From assembly GCF_011386835.1 (NCBI RefSeq), contig NC_088807.1:24862001-24926000 (forward strand): a stretch of 64,000 nucleotides of DNA, written 5' to 3'. The stretch comes from Chrysemys picta bellii (Eukaryota). Of this stretch, positions 34,001-45,269 are shown one piece after another. The notes beneath the pieces were generated by a model that ran no database searches, was not told the DNA's origin, and saw only the letters and a program-made list of their open reading frames with translations. Position 1 is the stretch's first letter, and every line of letters starts with the position of its first letter. The translations under genes were made by a program, and so were the position numbers.

Positions 34001-37000
34001 TGGGCTGTTCTTCTCAAAGTTCTGCCCCAGGAATTATTTTGGGGCCGTTCTCTGGCCTGTGGGCAGGGCCGGCTCCAGGCACCAGCTTCTCAAGCAGGTG
34101 CTTGGGGCGGCCGCTCCGGAGAGGGGCGGCACGTCCAGGTATTCAGCGGCAATTCGGCGGACGGTCCCTCACTCCGCCTGGGAGTGAAGGACCTCCCGCC
34201 GAATTGCCGCTGCAGATCGCGATCGCGGCTTTTTTTTGTTTGTTTGTTTTTTGTTTTGGCAGCTTGGGGAGGCCAAATCCCTGGAGCCGGCCCTGCCTGT
34301 GGGATACAGGGGGTGAGATGAGACACTCACAATGGTCCCTTCTGGCCTGGGAATCTATGAATCTATGAAACCCGGCCCTGAGATGCGGCCACCTCTGGGG
34401 TGGGGCAGCCGGGGAAAACAGCTGCACATAACGCTGCCTGGAAATGGCTTGCCTGGAGCTGAGATGCAGTCAACTCTGAAGCAAGGCAGCTGGAGAACAG
34501 CTGTATATAACATCACAAGGGACAGCTCCTCTGGTGCTGAGATGCAGCCAGCTCTGGGGTGGGGCAGCTGGGGGAACAGCTGCACATAACGCTGCACATT
34601 TCAGTGCCAGCAACCCCCTCCCACACTCACATGGCAGGATGTCTTTATACCGATTCTTCTTGATATTTTCTTTCCTGCCCCCAGCCTCCGCGGAGAACCC
34701 CTGTTGCTGCCGGAAGGCGCTGGCTTGGGCCTTGATGTCCTGGGCGGAGAGAGAGGACAGGAGGGGGATTAGGAGGCCGTGGAGAAGACGGGGTTAAACA
34801 GGGAGAGTGAGCGAGCACCCCAGCAGCCAATAGCTCTGTGATTCCCACAGCTAATGCCCTGGCTCCCTAATACTCAAGTATACGGCACCCCATTCCCTGT
34901 GACCACAGCCCCTTTTCCCAGCTCAGACTTTCCAGCACCCCCAAACTCCAAGGGTAAGACTAGCCTGGCACTGAGATGCAGCCACCTCTGGGGCAGGGCA
35001 GCTGGAGAAACAGCTGCACATAACGCGGCACAGAGACAGCTCACATGAGGATGATCATTCCTGAGCACTGGAGTCAGGTTTATTTTGGGAACAGGCTGGT
35101 TCTGACCTTGCCAGTAGCGGACCAGCCGGTCCTGCCAGCTCTGGGCCCCAGCGTGAGCACACCCACGCCCATCCTGGAACAGGCAGGAGAAAAAAAACCC
35201 CACCCCTGCCATGGAAGTACCCTCCAGGGAGAGTTAATCTGTGCAGGAGTTGCTTCCAGAATGAGAGCCAGGACTCCTGGGTTCTCTCCCCGGCTCTGGG
35301 AGGGAGGAGAGTGGGGTCTAGGGGTTAGAGTAGGGGGGGCTGGGAGCCAGGACTCCTGGGTTCTAGCCCTGGCCCTGGGAGGGGACTGGCATCTAGTGGG
35401 TTAGAGAAGGGGGGCTGGGAGCCAGGACTCCTGGGTTCTCTCCCCAGCTCTGGGAGGGGAGTGGGGTCTAGGGGTTAGTGCATGGGGGCTGGGAGCCAGG
35501 ACTCCTGGATTCTCTCCCCAGCTCTGGGAGGGGAGTGGGGTCTAGGGGTTAGAGCAGGGGGGGGCTGGGAGCCAGGACTCCTGGGTTCTATTCCCAGGTC
35601 TGGGAGGGGAGGGGGCTCTAGTGGGTAGAGCAGGGGGGCTGGGAGGTAGGAATGGAGGGCTCAGGGGGGTGGGCTCTAGGGGGCACTAGCTCCCTTCAGC
35701 CCCAGGGCGGAGGAGTGGCTGGGTCAGTAGTTCGCAGGCGGGGGGTTACAGTAGTTGGCAGTTCTCAGCTGGACCCGCCAGCGGCCGGGCTGTTTGCCAC
35801 AGCTCCAGCGCCAGCTCCGCCCCGGTGGTTTCTGCTCTCGCGTTGCCAAGGTTTGACTGCAGCGGTTTTGTCGACTAAGGCTGGAGAAAAGCAGGTGTGG
35901 AACGAAGAGGGTAGCAGGAGACAGGCAGGTTCTGCAGCTTCTCAGCAGATAAAAGTTTCTTGCATTAGGGATCAGGGCGCGTCACGGAGTTTTTGATGTT
36001 TATTTCCTCCGTTTTTTCCCCCAAAAAAAGTTTTGGTGGGGCGGGGGAAGGAGAAAGAACAGGACCGCGGGGGAGAAAACCTGGGTCTGAGCGGCCCGGG
36101 CAGCTTTCGGCTTCTCAGTGCCGGATTTGACTAAATCACACAGTTTTTGGTTATTCATTCCCTAGGTTTGGTTTTTTAATTTCCAAAAGGACAGAGGGAA
36201 GAGAAAGACCCAGAGGGGGAAGATCTGGAGCAGAGAAGCTCCCGCGGCTTCCGAACTCTCCGGCCGACGGAGGTTTTTCGCCATCCCAATTTTTTTCGTA
36301 GTTTCCCCCCTGTGTCCCGACGGCTGGAGGCAAAAGGGAGACAACCGGGATGTTGTCGGCTTGGTGGATCCCCTGAGCTGTACCCTGCGGGGGATGGTGC
36401 GGGGGCCAGAGCTCTGGATGGAGGGCATGGGGGATATTAGCCATGTAGGGTGCAGAGAGACAGGGGATCAGGGGAGGGAATTTGACCAGCCCCCCGCAGC
36501 ACAGCGCCCCCCAGCGCCCGGCCCCGACTGCCAGGGGAGAGCGCCCCCTGCCCAGCCCCCCCGCAGCACAGCACCCCCTAGAGAGGTCCATTTCCCCGCA
36601 CTGTTGCATTCACTTTCAGGATCCGTGTTTTCAGTTCCCAGGACTGACTAACCCCATGGGGTAGCTTCTGCTTTTCACTTCAGCTCTGCTGCACAGGGCT
36701 GGTGAGCAGCCCCTGTGCTGAGCAAGGGAGCAGAGCCTGTCAGCCATCCTGTGCGGCATTATGCACAGCTGTTCCCCAGCTGCCCTGCCCCAGAGGTGGC
36801 TGCATCTGAGCGCTGGTCAAGCCATCCCGCTCTCTAGACCCAGTACAGTGGAATGAAAACAGCTGTACATAAGTTTGGAATATGAGATGGGGATTTAATA
36901 AAGGGAGTGGCTGGCTTAGGGGGTGGGGAGTGAGGCACGGGGCCTTTCCCCACTAGGGGGTGCCGGCTTCCATCACTTTCCCTTCCCTCCCCCACCTGGC

Positions 37001-40000
37001 CCCAGCCCGGAGGTAGCTGGGATTTGGTTTGGGCTACGTTTATATATCAGCAGCTGAAGCCAGGCGAGAGACAAGGGAACAAAGTCCCTTCTGGAAAATT
37101 CATTTCCCTGGCAGAGGGGAGGACGGGCCAGCGCGGAGCTGCACAGAATTAACCCTCCCCACCCGACTCACTCCCAGCACAACTCTGGAAAGCCACCGGG
37201 GAAACTGAGGCACCACGTTGAGGCAGGGCCTGGCCAAGGTGACACTGACAGAACCCAGGAGTCCTAGCTCCCAGCCGCACCCTGATCTAATCCGCTACAC
37301 CCCACACCCCTCCCAGAGCTGAGGAGGGAACCCAGGAGTCCTGGTTCTTAGTTCTAGCCTATAAAAAGAACCTTCTGCTGTTTTATACTGTGACAACCAG
37401 TGAACTTTGCTGCTCCCCAGAAATAGCTGCATCTCAGCTGTTCCCCAGCTCCCCATCCCCAGAGGTGGCTGCATCTCAGCGCCAGGCAAGCCATCCCCAT
37501 CTGGCATTATGCGTAGCTGCTCCCTGGGTGCCCTGTCCCAGAGCTGGCTGCATCTCAGCACTGGGCGAGCCATCCCACTATGGTGTGATGTGCAGTTGTT
37601 CCCCAGCTGCCCCGCCCCAGAGGTGGCTGCATTTCAGCATTGAGAGCAAGCAGTGTGGTTTGTAACTGCAGGAGGCAGCCGCTGTTTTAGGAGGGGCTAT
37701 TTCATGCACTATCGATGCTATGTCACAAGCCACAGTGATAAGGGGAAATTTGCATTTGGTGCCTGCTCAACACAGGGTCTATTTGAACCAGCACCAGGAC
37801 CCAGTGGAGGTGAATTTCGGATTATGTCACGGCCTTTTCTGCTCCCAGGCTGCGGTTATGCAAAGGAGTAGCTGGGAGTGCGACTGGGACGGCTCGCCCG
37901 GCGCTGAGCTGCAGCCACCTCTGGGGATGGGGAGCTGGGGAACAGCCGCACATAACGCCACACAGGGACGGCTCGCCCAGCGCTGAGATGCAGACACCTC
38001 TGGGGATGGGGAGCTGGGGAACAGCCGCACATAACGCCTCACAGGGACGGCTCGCCCAGTGCTGAGATGCAGACACCTCTGGGGATGGGGAGCTGGGGAA
38101 CAGCCGCAGACTGTTATCAGAAGGGACTGTCCTTACTGAATCCCCCACTTCCCTTCTCTTGTGGGTTCTCTCCCCGGCTCTGGGAGGAGAGTGGGTCTAG
38201 TGGTTAGAAGAGGGCATGGGGCTGGGAGCCAGGACTCCTGGGTTCTCTCCCTGGCTCTAGGAGGAGAAGGGAGGGTCTAGTGGTTAGTGCGGGGGGGGTG
38301 GAGGGAGAAGTGAAAAAGAAGGGGAAAGTGGATGCCATGTTTGGGTTCCCAGTCAATTTCACTTGAGTTTAATGACCCGATTGCTAGTAACACAAACCAG
38401 AGAATATTCTTTACTCTGGGAATTTCCTTCAGACTGAATCGATCGCTCAGACCGAACGGCTGATTTCCACTGGATTCCCAGCTCTTGACCGGTCTAGATG
38501 CAGCGGTACCTTGCCCAGGACTGAGGTGCAGCCACTTCTGGGGCGAGGCAGCCGGGGAGAGCCGCACTGTGACACTAGAAATGTGTGCCGGAAGAAACAA
38601 TGGGGAATGTAGTGGTCGGAAAGCATCTGTCTGCTGGGGTTCGGCGGGGTAACCCCAAGATGGAAGGGAAATGTAATGACCCTAGGGCGCACCCCACTAA
38701 CGATTTCAGGCCAGCACTGACTGCCAGGGGAGAGCACCCCCTGCCCCACTCCCCACAGCACGGTGCCCCCCAGGACCTGGCCCTGGCTGCCAGGGGATAG
38801 TGCCCCCTGGCCAGGCCCCCGCCCCGTGCCCAGCCCTGGCTGCCAGGAGGATCTGCTGAATGTTGTAGCGATGCCCAGGGCCCACAAAGCTGGTGGCGGT
38901 GCGGGAAGCCTGTGGGCAAAGCCGGAGCGGCTATTGGCTGGATTTCACCATTTCTCGGCTCTGCCTTGCCCCGGGCCCGAAAACTTGCACTGCTCCGGGC
39001 AGTGATGGGCGACAGAGCCGGCCACCCGCCAAGGGACCCGGAACCGAGACGTCCAATAGCGTCTCATAGGATCAGCCCAGGGCACCCAGCCCCACAATCC
39101 CTGGCTCTAACCACTAGCCCCTGCTCCCCTCCCAGAGCTGGGGAACGAACCCAGGAGTCCTGGCTCCCAGCCCCCCCTGCTCTAACCACTAGACCCCACT
39201 CCTCTCCTAGGGCCGGGGAGAGGACCCAGGCGTCCGGGCTCCCAGCCCCCCTGCTCTAACCACTAGACCCCACTCCCCTCCCAGAGCTGGGGAGAGAACC
39301 CAGGAGTCCTGGCTCCTAGCCCCCCCTGCTCTAACCACTAGACCCCACTCCCCTCCCAGGGCCGGGGAGAGGACCCAGGCGTCCTGGCTCCTAGCCCCCC
39401 CTGCTCTAACCACTAGACCCCACTCCCCTCCCAGGGCCGGGGAGAGGACCCAGGCATCCAGGCTCCCAGCCCCCCTGTTCTAACCACTAGACCCCACTCC
39501 CCTCCCAGGGCCGGGGAGAGGACCCAGGCGTCCGGGCTCCCTGCAGCTCTGACTCTTGCTGGCCGGCAGGTGACGAGTTAACTCTGTGCACGGCGGGAGC
39601 AATGGAAAGTTAAACCCAAGCCCCAGATTAATGATTACAGAAAGAAACTTGCACTGGGGCTGGAGACGGGCGGAGGGTGTCGGACGCCTGGGTTCCCTGC
39701 GCAGCTCCGGGAGGGCAGTGTGGGGTCCCGTGCGTTAGAGCGAGGTGCCGGGGCTGGGAGCCAGGACTCCTGGGTTCTCTCCTCGGCTCTGGGAGGGGAC
39801 CGGGGTCTAGTGGTGCAGGGAGCCAGGACTCCTGGGTTCTCTCCCTGGCTTTGGGAGTGGAGTGGGGGCTGGTGGGTTAGAGCGGGGGGCTGGGAGCCCG
39901 GACTCCTGGGTTCTCTCCCTGCTGGGGGTGGGATTTCCCGGGGATCCGGGCGGCGCAGGGGCTGGCGCGGGGTCTCGGCTCTCCCCGCGGCCCGGCCTCA

Positions 40001-40079
40001 CCTGGAACTCCTGGCCCAGCCGGGCCGGGCCGGGCTCGGCGCCCAGGAACGCCCGCAGCGTCTGGTCCAGGCGGCTCAT
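17609..40079 (-). CDS. PTPN18: Non-receptor tyrosine phosphatase PTPN18 (BDP1, PEST family); exons 40079-40002, 34739-34631, 33859-33783, 31966-31871, 25698-25660, 25555-25487, 25183-25121, 23887-23745, 22546-22480, 22394-22317, 22194-22111, 20145-20069, 19647-19382, 19122-19046, 18698-18671, 18018-17917, 17676-17609 (~506 aa)
   Basis: PTP motifs [66 protein letters not shown] and QT(L)EQY. The tail has [14 protein letters not shown] and the CTH motif [22 protein letters not shown]. The gene is adjacent to IMP4 as in human. The 3' PEST-region exons are less certain. Confidence 0.93.
18050..18540. repeat. ~79-80 bp dispersed and tandem family (CTGAGATGCAGCCACCTCTGGGG core); also at 13490-13560, 19960-20055, 25270-25400, 26320-26460, 34375-34590, 37410-38110, 40890-41270, 44670-44950
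   Basis: Repeated GGCACTGAGATGCAGCCACCTCTGGGG(C/T)GGGGC(A/G)GCTGGGGAACAGCCGCACATAAC units in both orientations. Confidence 0.9.
21420..22085. repeat. ~43 bp minisatellite with (GT)n inserts carrying CCAGCAGGGGGC motifs on the - strand
   Basis: About 12 units of GTCCCTG(C/T)GCCCCCTGCTGGAGGGGCCGGACCCTGCACCGTGTGG. Confidence 0.92.
22665..23470. repeat. Degenerate ~55-61 bp array with conserved 21 bp core GTT(C/A/T)ACTCTGAA(A/C/G)CCTAATGA
   Basis: Core starts near 22665, 22720, 22772, 22827, 22863, 22922, 22976, 23036, 23097, 23159, 23219, 23274, 23335, 23395 and 23451. Confidence 0.85.
23900..25090. repeat. ~60 bp minisatellite in PTPN18 intron 7
   Basis: About 19 copies of GGGGGAGAGCGCCCCCTGCCCAGCCCCCGGCCCTGCTCCCCACAGCACAGCACCCCCCAGTGCC. 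It is the source of several 350-500 aa spurious ORFs. Confidence 0.95.
26560..28460 (+). mobile_element. Decayed DNA-transposon relic with XPG/FEN1-like H3TH and Cys-rich C-terminal remnants (Academ-like)
   Basis: 28110-28160 translates to [17 protein letters not shown] (compare GCDTVSxFxGxGKKTAW). 28198-28450 gives [60 protein letters not shown]. The relic is frameshifted. Confidence 0.5.
27326..27403. mobile_element. Small palindromic MITE-like element
   Basis: Ends AGCCCTGC...GCAGGGCT with an internal palindrome ATCCACATCTGCGGATGTGGAT. No TSD is visible. Confidence 0.5.
28473..31480. repeat. 61 bp tandem array (28473-28547 and 31241-31480) split by a CR1 insertion
   Basis: GAACCACGTGCGGGGATGTATCGTGTTTGTAGGGGA(A/T)TAAACGGTACAATTACGCCTGTCT, about 5 copies. 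Confidence 0.9.
28548..31240 (-). mobile_element. 5'-truncated CR1 LINE (endonuclease + RT), PTPN18 intron 4
   Basis: ORF2 peptides [68 protein letters not shown] and [18 protein letters not shown]. The 3' tail is (GTTCTTAT)2. Confidence 0.96.
31990..33710. repeat. ~40 bp C-rich minisatellite, PTPN18 intron 3
   Basis: About 40 copies of CCCTGCA(T/G)CCCAACGCCCCCCGCTGAGCCCCCCATCC. Confidence 0.95.
33890..34368 (+). mobile_element. CR1 3'-end fragment interrupted by a hAT MITE
   Basis: CR1-like 3' UTR ending GGTCCCTTCTGGCCT...(AATCTATG)2. Confidence 0.7.
34064..34295. mobile_element. hAT-superfamily non-autonomous element (MITE)
   Basis: TIRs CAGGGCCGGCTCCA / TGGAGCCGGCCCTG with a perfect 8 bp TSD CCTGTGGG (34056-34063 and 34296-34303). 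Confidence 0.92.
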
Positions 40080-40450
40080 CGCGCGGAGCGGCTGCCCCGC
40101 GGCCGGAGCGAGGACGCAGGACGGAGCGGACTGAAGAGGAAGTTGAGGTCCCCGCCCCCCAACGGGCCGGTTGGGCGAGCCCGGACCTGAGCCTGGCGGG
40201 CCGCCAGCCAGGGGAGCGAGCGCGGCTGCCTAGCTGGGAGAACCCAGGCGTCCGGGCCCATCCTCACCTGGGGGATCCCGCCCAGCCCAAGCCGGAAATC
40301 TCCCCAACCGCTGGGGCAGGGTCGCCGAGAACAGCGCCGGTCGAGCCCTCCCCGAGCGGCGTTATGTGCGGCTGTTCCCCCCGTGTGCCCTTCCCCAGAG
40401 GTGGCTGCATCTCAGCGCCGGCCGAGCCCTCCCCGTGGAATTTTTGCTAT
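40080..40450 (-). promoter_or_regulatory. CpG-island promoter / 5'UTR region of PTPN18
   Basis: CpG-dense segment directly upstream of the PTPN18 ATG. Confidence 0.6.
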
Positions 40451-41988
40451 ACGTTTGTGGGTAGTTTTGCTCTGGGTTGTTTCCTTCCCCTTCTCGGAGC
40501 CCTCTGGCTTCCTGGGGATGTCCCTGCCTGCCCCTCAGTTGGGGGGAGCGGGGCTCAGCGTGCCAGTCGCCAGCCCTTCTTGGGGACCGGCCCGCTTCCC
40601 CCCCATCCCTTAGTGGGATCCCTCCCCCCCAACCCCCTCAGCTGGGATCCCCTCCCCCAGAATACCCCCAAGCTGCCCTATAACAGCCCCTTCTCGACAC
40701 CACCCCTCGGCTGTGGTGCTAAAGGTAAATTCTCAGCCTTTGCCCCCGTGTCTGAGCTCAGGGCTTTGTGCACCTTCCAGCAGTCAGGAAATGACCTGCA
40801 GCGGAGACTAACCTCACCACATGTGCCAGGTGCAATTCCACTGTGACCAGGGCATTAATATCTGGTATTTCGCTACATGGGGAGGGCTTGCCCAGCACTG
40901 AGATGCAGCCAACTCTGGTGCGGGGCAGGTGGGGAACAGCCACACATAACTCTGCACAGGGATGGGTCACCCGGCACAGAGATGCAGCCACCTCTGGTGT
41001 GGGGCAGGTGGGGAACGGCCACACATAACTCTGCACAGGAATGGGTCACCCGGCACAGAGATGCAGCCACCTCTGGTGTGGGGCAGGTGGGGAACGGCCA
41101 CACATAACTCTGCACAGGAATGGGTCACCCGGCACAGAGATGCAGCCACCTCTGGTGCGGGGCAGCTGGGGAACGGCCACACATAACTCTGCACAGGAAT
41201 GGGTCACCCGGCACAGAGATGCAGCCACCTCTGGTGTGGGGCAGGTGGGGAACGGCCATTCATAACACTACCTCAAAGGACTTTAGGACAGGAAGTGAAG
41301 GCGTTTTCTGTATCTCAATGACACAGGGGGCTTAGGGAACCCTAAATCTGGATCTCCATCTGGATTTGGTCAGGACACTGGGGATCCACCCTCAGCTCTG
41401 TGGGACAGGGTCTGCGGAGAGATCAAGGCCTTCGTTTTCATGCCGGATGTATGACGCAGAAGAGCAGGGCTACCCGGGGCCGTAGGGAGACTGAGAGGCC
41501 TGGTCTGGGGAGGAGGAACTGACCCAGGTAGCACGTCTCCCGCCCCGGCCTTCTCCTGGGGATAGCGGGGCTGGGGCCTGGGGGAAGGGCTGAGCGGCAA
41601 GGGTGAGACATCCACCCCGTGGGGAAGTCACAGGACCCTGACTTCGCCTGGAACCTGTGGGGAGGAACTGGAAAGAGGAGAATGTGATCGGAACAACAGC
41701 AACGGGAGACTCGTGTAGTAGAGAGGGTGGGGGGAGGTGTGGGGAGCCAGGACTCCTGGGTTCCATCCCCAGCTCTGGGAGGGGAGTGGGGTCTAATGGT
41801 TAGAGCGGGGGGGCTGGGAGCCAGGACTCCTGGGTTCTATCCTGGGATCTGGGAGGGGAGTGGGGGGTCTAGTGGTTAGAGTGGGGGGGGGGGCTGGGAG
41901 CCAGGATTCCTGGGTTCTATCCTGGGATCTAGGAGGGGAGTGGGGGTCTAGTGGTTAGAGCTGGGGGGGGGGGCTGAGAGTCAGGCCT

Positions 41989-43009
41989 CAGTTGTTCTCA
42001 AATGTGGCCACTGTGGCCGCATGTGGCCACCAGGGGCTTTTCTTGCGGCCGCAGCCACATGGGGAGCGATGGGGGCTCCCCCCTCCCCTGGGGCCACCAG
42101 CAGAGGTCGGGCCCTGCCACCCTCTGGAGAGACAAACACTGAAGGAGCAGGGGGCGGCCCGTGAGTTCACCCCCCATTGCCCTGATCCCCCCTGCCTCCT
42201 CCAGCCCTGGGCTTTGGCCATGCAGCAACAGGCTCTGGCCTTACCGCCTCCTCTGGCCCTCGGCTCCAGCCGCCCCAGTGGGGGGCTCCGGCCTCCAGCT
42301 CACCACCACCCCTCCCTCATCCATCCTAGGCCCCCGCTACCTTCTCTGGCCCAGGCTCCATCCCCCATGCACAGGGCTTTGGGCTCGGGCGATAGGATCC
42401 GGCCTTGGGGCTCTGGCCCCACCTGTGTAGTGGTGGGGTGCTGGCCCTGCCTCCCCTGCCCCCTGCCCCCCATCGCCCCAGCCCCCACTGCCTCCCCCGC
42501 CCACCGCTACCTCCCTACCCAACTCCCCATCCAGGGCATGATATATCCCCAGGCTTGCAGGGGCTGAGCAAGTCTGCTGTGAAAAATAATATTTGTGTGT
42601 TGGTTAATATCACTTTTCACAGCAGACTCTGTAGCCAGCTGGGAGGCTGTGAAAAAAGTGATACGAACATACAAGTGTCACTTTTCACAGCAGCAACTTA
42701 CTAGCTAACAAGTCTTTAAAAAAAATAGCAAAAGAAACAACAACAACAAAGACAAGAATGTGCAAAACACCTTGTTTGTGTTTCTGTTCTCTTTAGGTCC
42801 AGTAAAGAATAGAGACAACGGTCCATTATTTTGATTATTGAAAAAAAAAAAGCCCCACATAAATAAATCACAAGGATTTGGATTTGTGCATATTTATTTG
42901 ATTTCCCTAAAGCTAATTAAATATTTTAGGAAAAATTGTCAAAGTGGCACCAGCAAGATTTGGTAGCTGCATTCTGAGGCCACTAAAAATTTTGTTGTGA
43001 GAACCCCTG
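41989..43009. mobile_element. hAT (Charlie-like) non-autonomous element
   Basis: Termini CAGTTGTTCTCA / TGAGAACCCCTG, an AT-rich interior and internal inverted repeats (CTGCTGTGAAAA...TTTTCACAGCAG). No TSD is recognisable. Confidence 0.6.
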
Positions 43010-43439
43010 CTCTGAAGAAGAGGACTAGAGCCAGGGACAGAACCCAGGAGTCCTGGCTCCCAGCTCCAACCACTAGACCCCACTCCCCTTCCAAAAACCC
43101 AGGAGTCCTGGCTCCCAGCCCCCCCTGCTCTAACCACCAGCCCCCACTCCCCTCCCAGAGCCAGGGAGAGAACCCAGGAGTCCTGGCTCCCAGCCCCCCG
43201 GCTCTAACCACTAGCTCCCACTCCCCTCCCAGAGCCAGGGAGAGAACCCAGGAGTCCTGGCTCCCAGCCCCCCCTGCTCTAACCACTAGCTCCCACTCCC
43301 CTCACAAAGCCAGGAGAGAACCCAGGAGTCCTGGCTCCCAGCCCCCCCGCTCTAACCACTAGCTCCCACTCCCCCTCCCAGAGCCAGGGAGAGAACCCAG
43401 GAGTCCTGGCTCCAAGCCCCCGTCCTGCTGGAGCACCCC

Positions 43440-44189
43440 GACATTGCTAAGCAGCATTGTGATGTCAGACACACCATACTGTGATGTCACGGGGCAGGGG
43501 GCTGATGGGAGGAGCCAGCAGGATGATGTCATGGGGCTGTCCCACGCTCCCCCCAGAGGATGAGGATGGTGCAACGTGCCTGGGTGATGACACGTTGCCA
43601 GGATGTCGTAGCACATCATGATGCAATGTGATGATGTCACAGTGTAGCATGATGTAATCACTCAATACAATGATGTCATCATATCTCATCATGACGTCAC
43701 CACGGCGCAGCCCAGCGCTGGTGTGTCTCGCAACACAACGGAGTGTGGTGCTGTCGCAGTGCACTAAGATGACATCACAGCCCAGCATCATGTGTTACAC
43801 GGTGACGTCATGGCCCAGTGACCAGCTGTCACCCCCAGTCCCTGCCCCGATGGCCGTCGAAACCCACCTCGCTCTCTGATTGGTGGACGTCTGGTAATAG
43901 CCTCTCGGGATTGGCAGGGTCAATCTCGAAACCCGCCCCTTCGGCTCGCTCTGCGCTCCCTGATTGGCTAAGGCTTGTGACAGTCTGGCCCAAAGTTGCG
44001 TCCGCACCGCCTCGCTCTGTGATTGGCTGCTACCCGGCACGCCGGGCCACGCCTCCCACGCTTCGCGCCCTGTGATTGGAGGGAGGCGCCGCCGGCCCCG
44101 CCCTTTCCCCCGCGTTCGGTTCCGTGCTGCGCGGGGCCGGGATCGAGGCTGCTGGAGGAGCGCAGGGGAGACCCTCGGGCGTGCGCATG
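43440..44189 (+). promoter_or_regulatory. MON1B promoter and first exon (donor at 44190)
   Basis: A CRE/TGATGTCA cluster at 43460-43810, five ATTGG boxes (43879, 43910, 43963, 44022, 44075), a CpG island, and the donor ATG|GTGAGG. Confidence 0.7.
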
Positions 44190-45269
44190 GTGAGGGGAGG
44201 GGGAGACCCCCCTTACTGCCACGTGGGTTTGGAGGGGGAGACCCTCCCAGAGCCCCATGGGGAGGAGGGGAGACCCTCAGTGGGGGAGGAGGGGAGACCC
44301 TCCCAGAGCCCCATGGGGAGGAGGGGAGACCCCCAGTGGGGGAGGAGGGGAGACCCCCCCCAGAGCTCCATGGGGAGGAGGGGAGACCCCCAGTGGGGGA
44401 AGAGGGGACACCCCCGCAGAGGCCAATAGGGAGGAGGGGAGACCCCCAGTGGGGGAGGAGGGGAGACCCCCCCAGAGCTCCATGGGGAGGAGGGGAGACC
44501 CTCCCATACCTACATGGGGAGAGGGAAGCCCCTGATGCATCCCTGCCGGGCGTTATGTGTTGTTGTTACTGAGCTGCCCTCTCCAGAGGGGAGACATCTC
44601 AACATCCCTCTATGCCTGGCCTGCTCTCCGTTGTGAAAGATCCCCAGGATCTGCAGGGGGAGGAATCCCCCGACGCTGAGATGCAGCCACCTCTGGGGCG
44701 GGTCAGCTGGGAAACAGCCGCACATAACAGCACATGGGGAGGGCTCGCCTGGCGCTGAGATGCAGCCCCTCTGGGGTGGGTCAGCTGGGGATCAGCCGCA
44801 CATAACAACACATGGGGAGGGCTCACCCGGCACTGAGATGCGTCCACCTCTGGGGCACGGCAGCTGGGGAACAGCTGCACATAACAACCCACAGGGAGGG
44901 CTCGCCCCGTGCTGAGATGCAGCCCCCTCTGGGGTGGTGAAGCTGGGGGGGCAGCACCCAGGAGTGCTGTGGTGGTGAAGAAGGGGGCGTTGGTGTTATA
45001 AGGGGGGTGCTGCCGGCCCTGCTGTGCTAAGCTTGGTGCCATTAAGCTCCCGGTGGGAAGGCGATTAGTGAACAGGGCTATTTCCTGCCGGCTCCTGCCT
45101 GGCATCGCTGCTGGGGCATGTGACAGCGATTAGTGATTAATGCTGGTCTGACCGGCTTGGCCCTGCCCTGCCGGCTGCTGGGAGCGGCCCGGGCTGGCCG
45201 TGGCTCCGGGCCTGAACAGCGACTTGGGTCCGTCTGGTGTTTGCACCTCCATGGTGGGGTGGAGTGGGG

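Noticed and set aside
35750-36460. Non-repetitive island with CpGs and an RFX-like GTTGCCAAGG, a possible enhancer or TE relic
   Set aside because: No termini, coding remnant or motif cluster strong enough to support a call.
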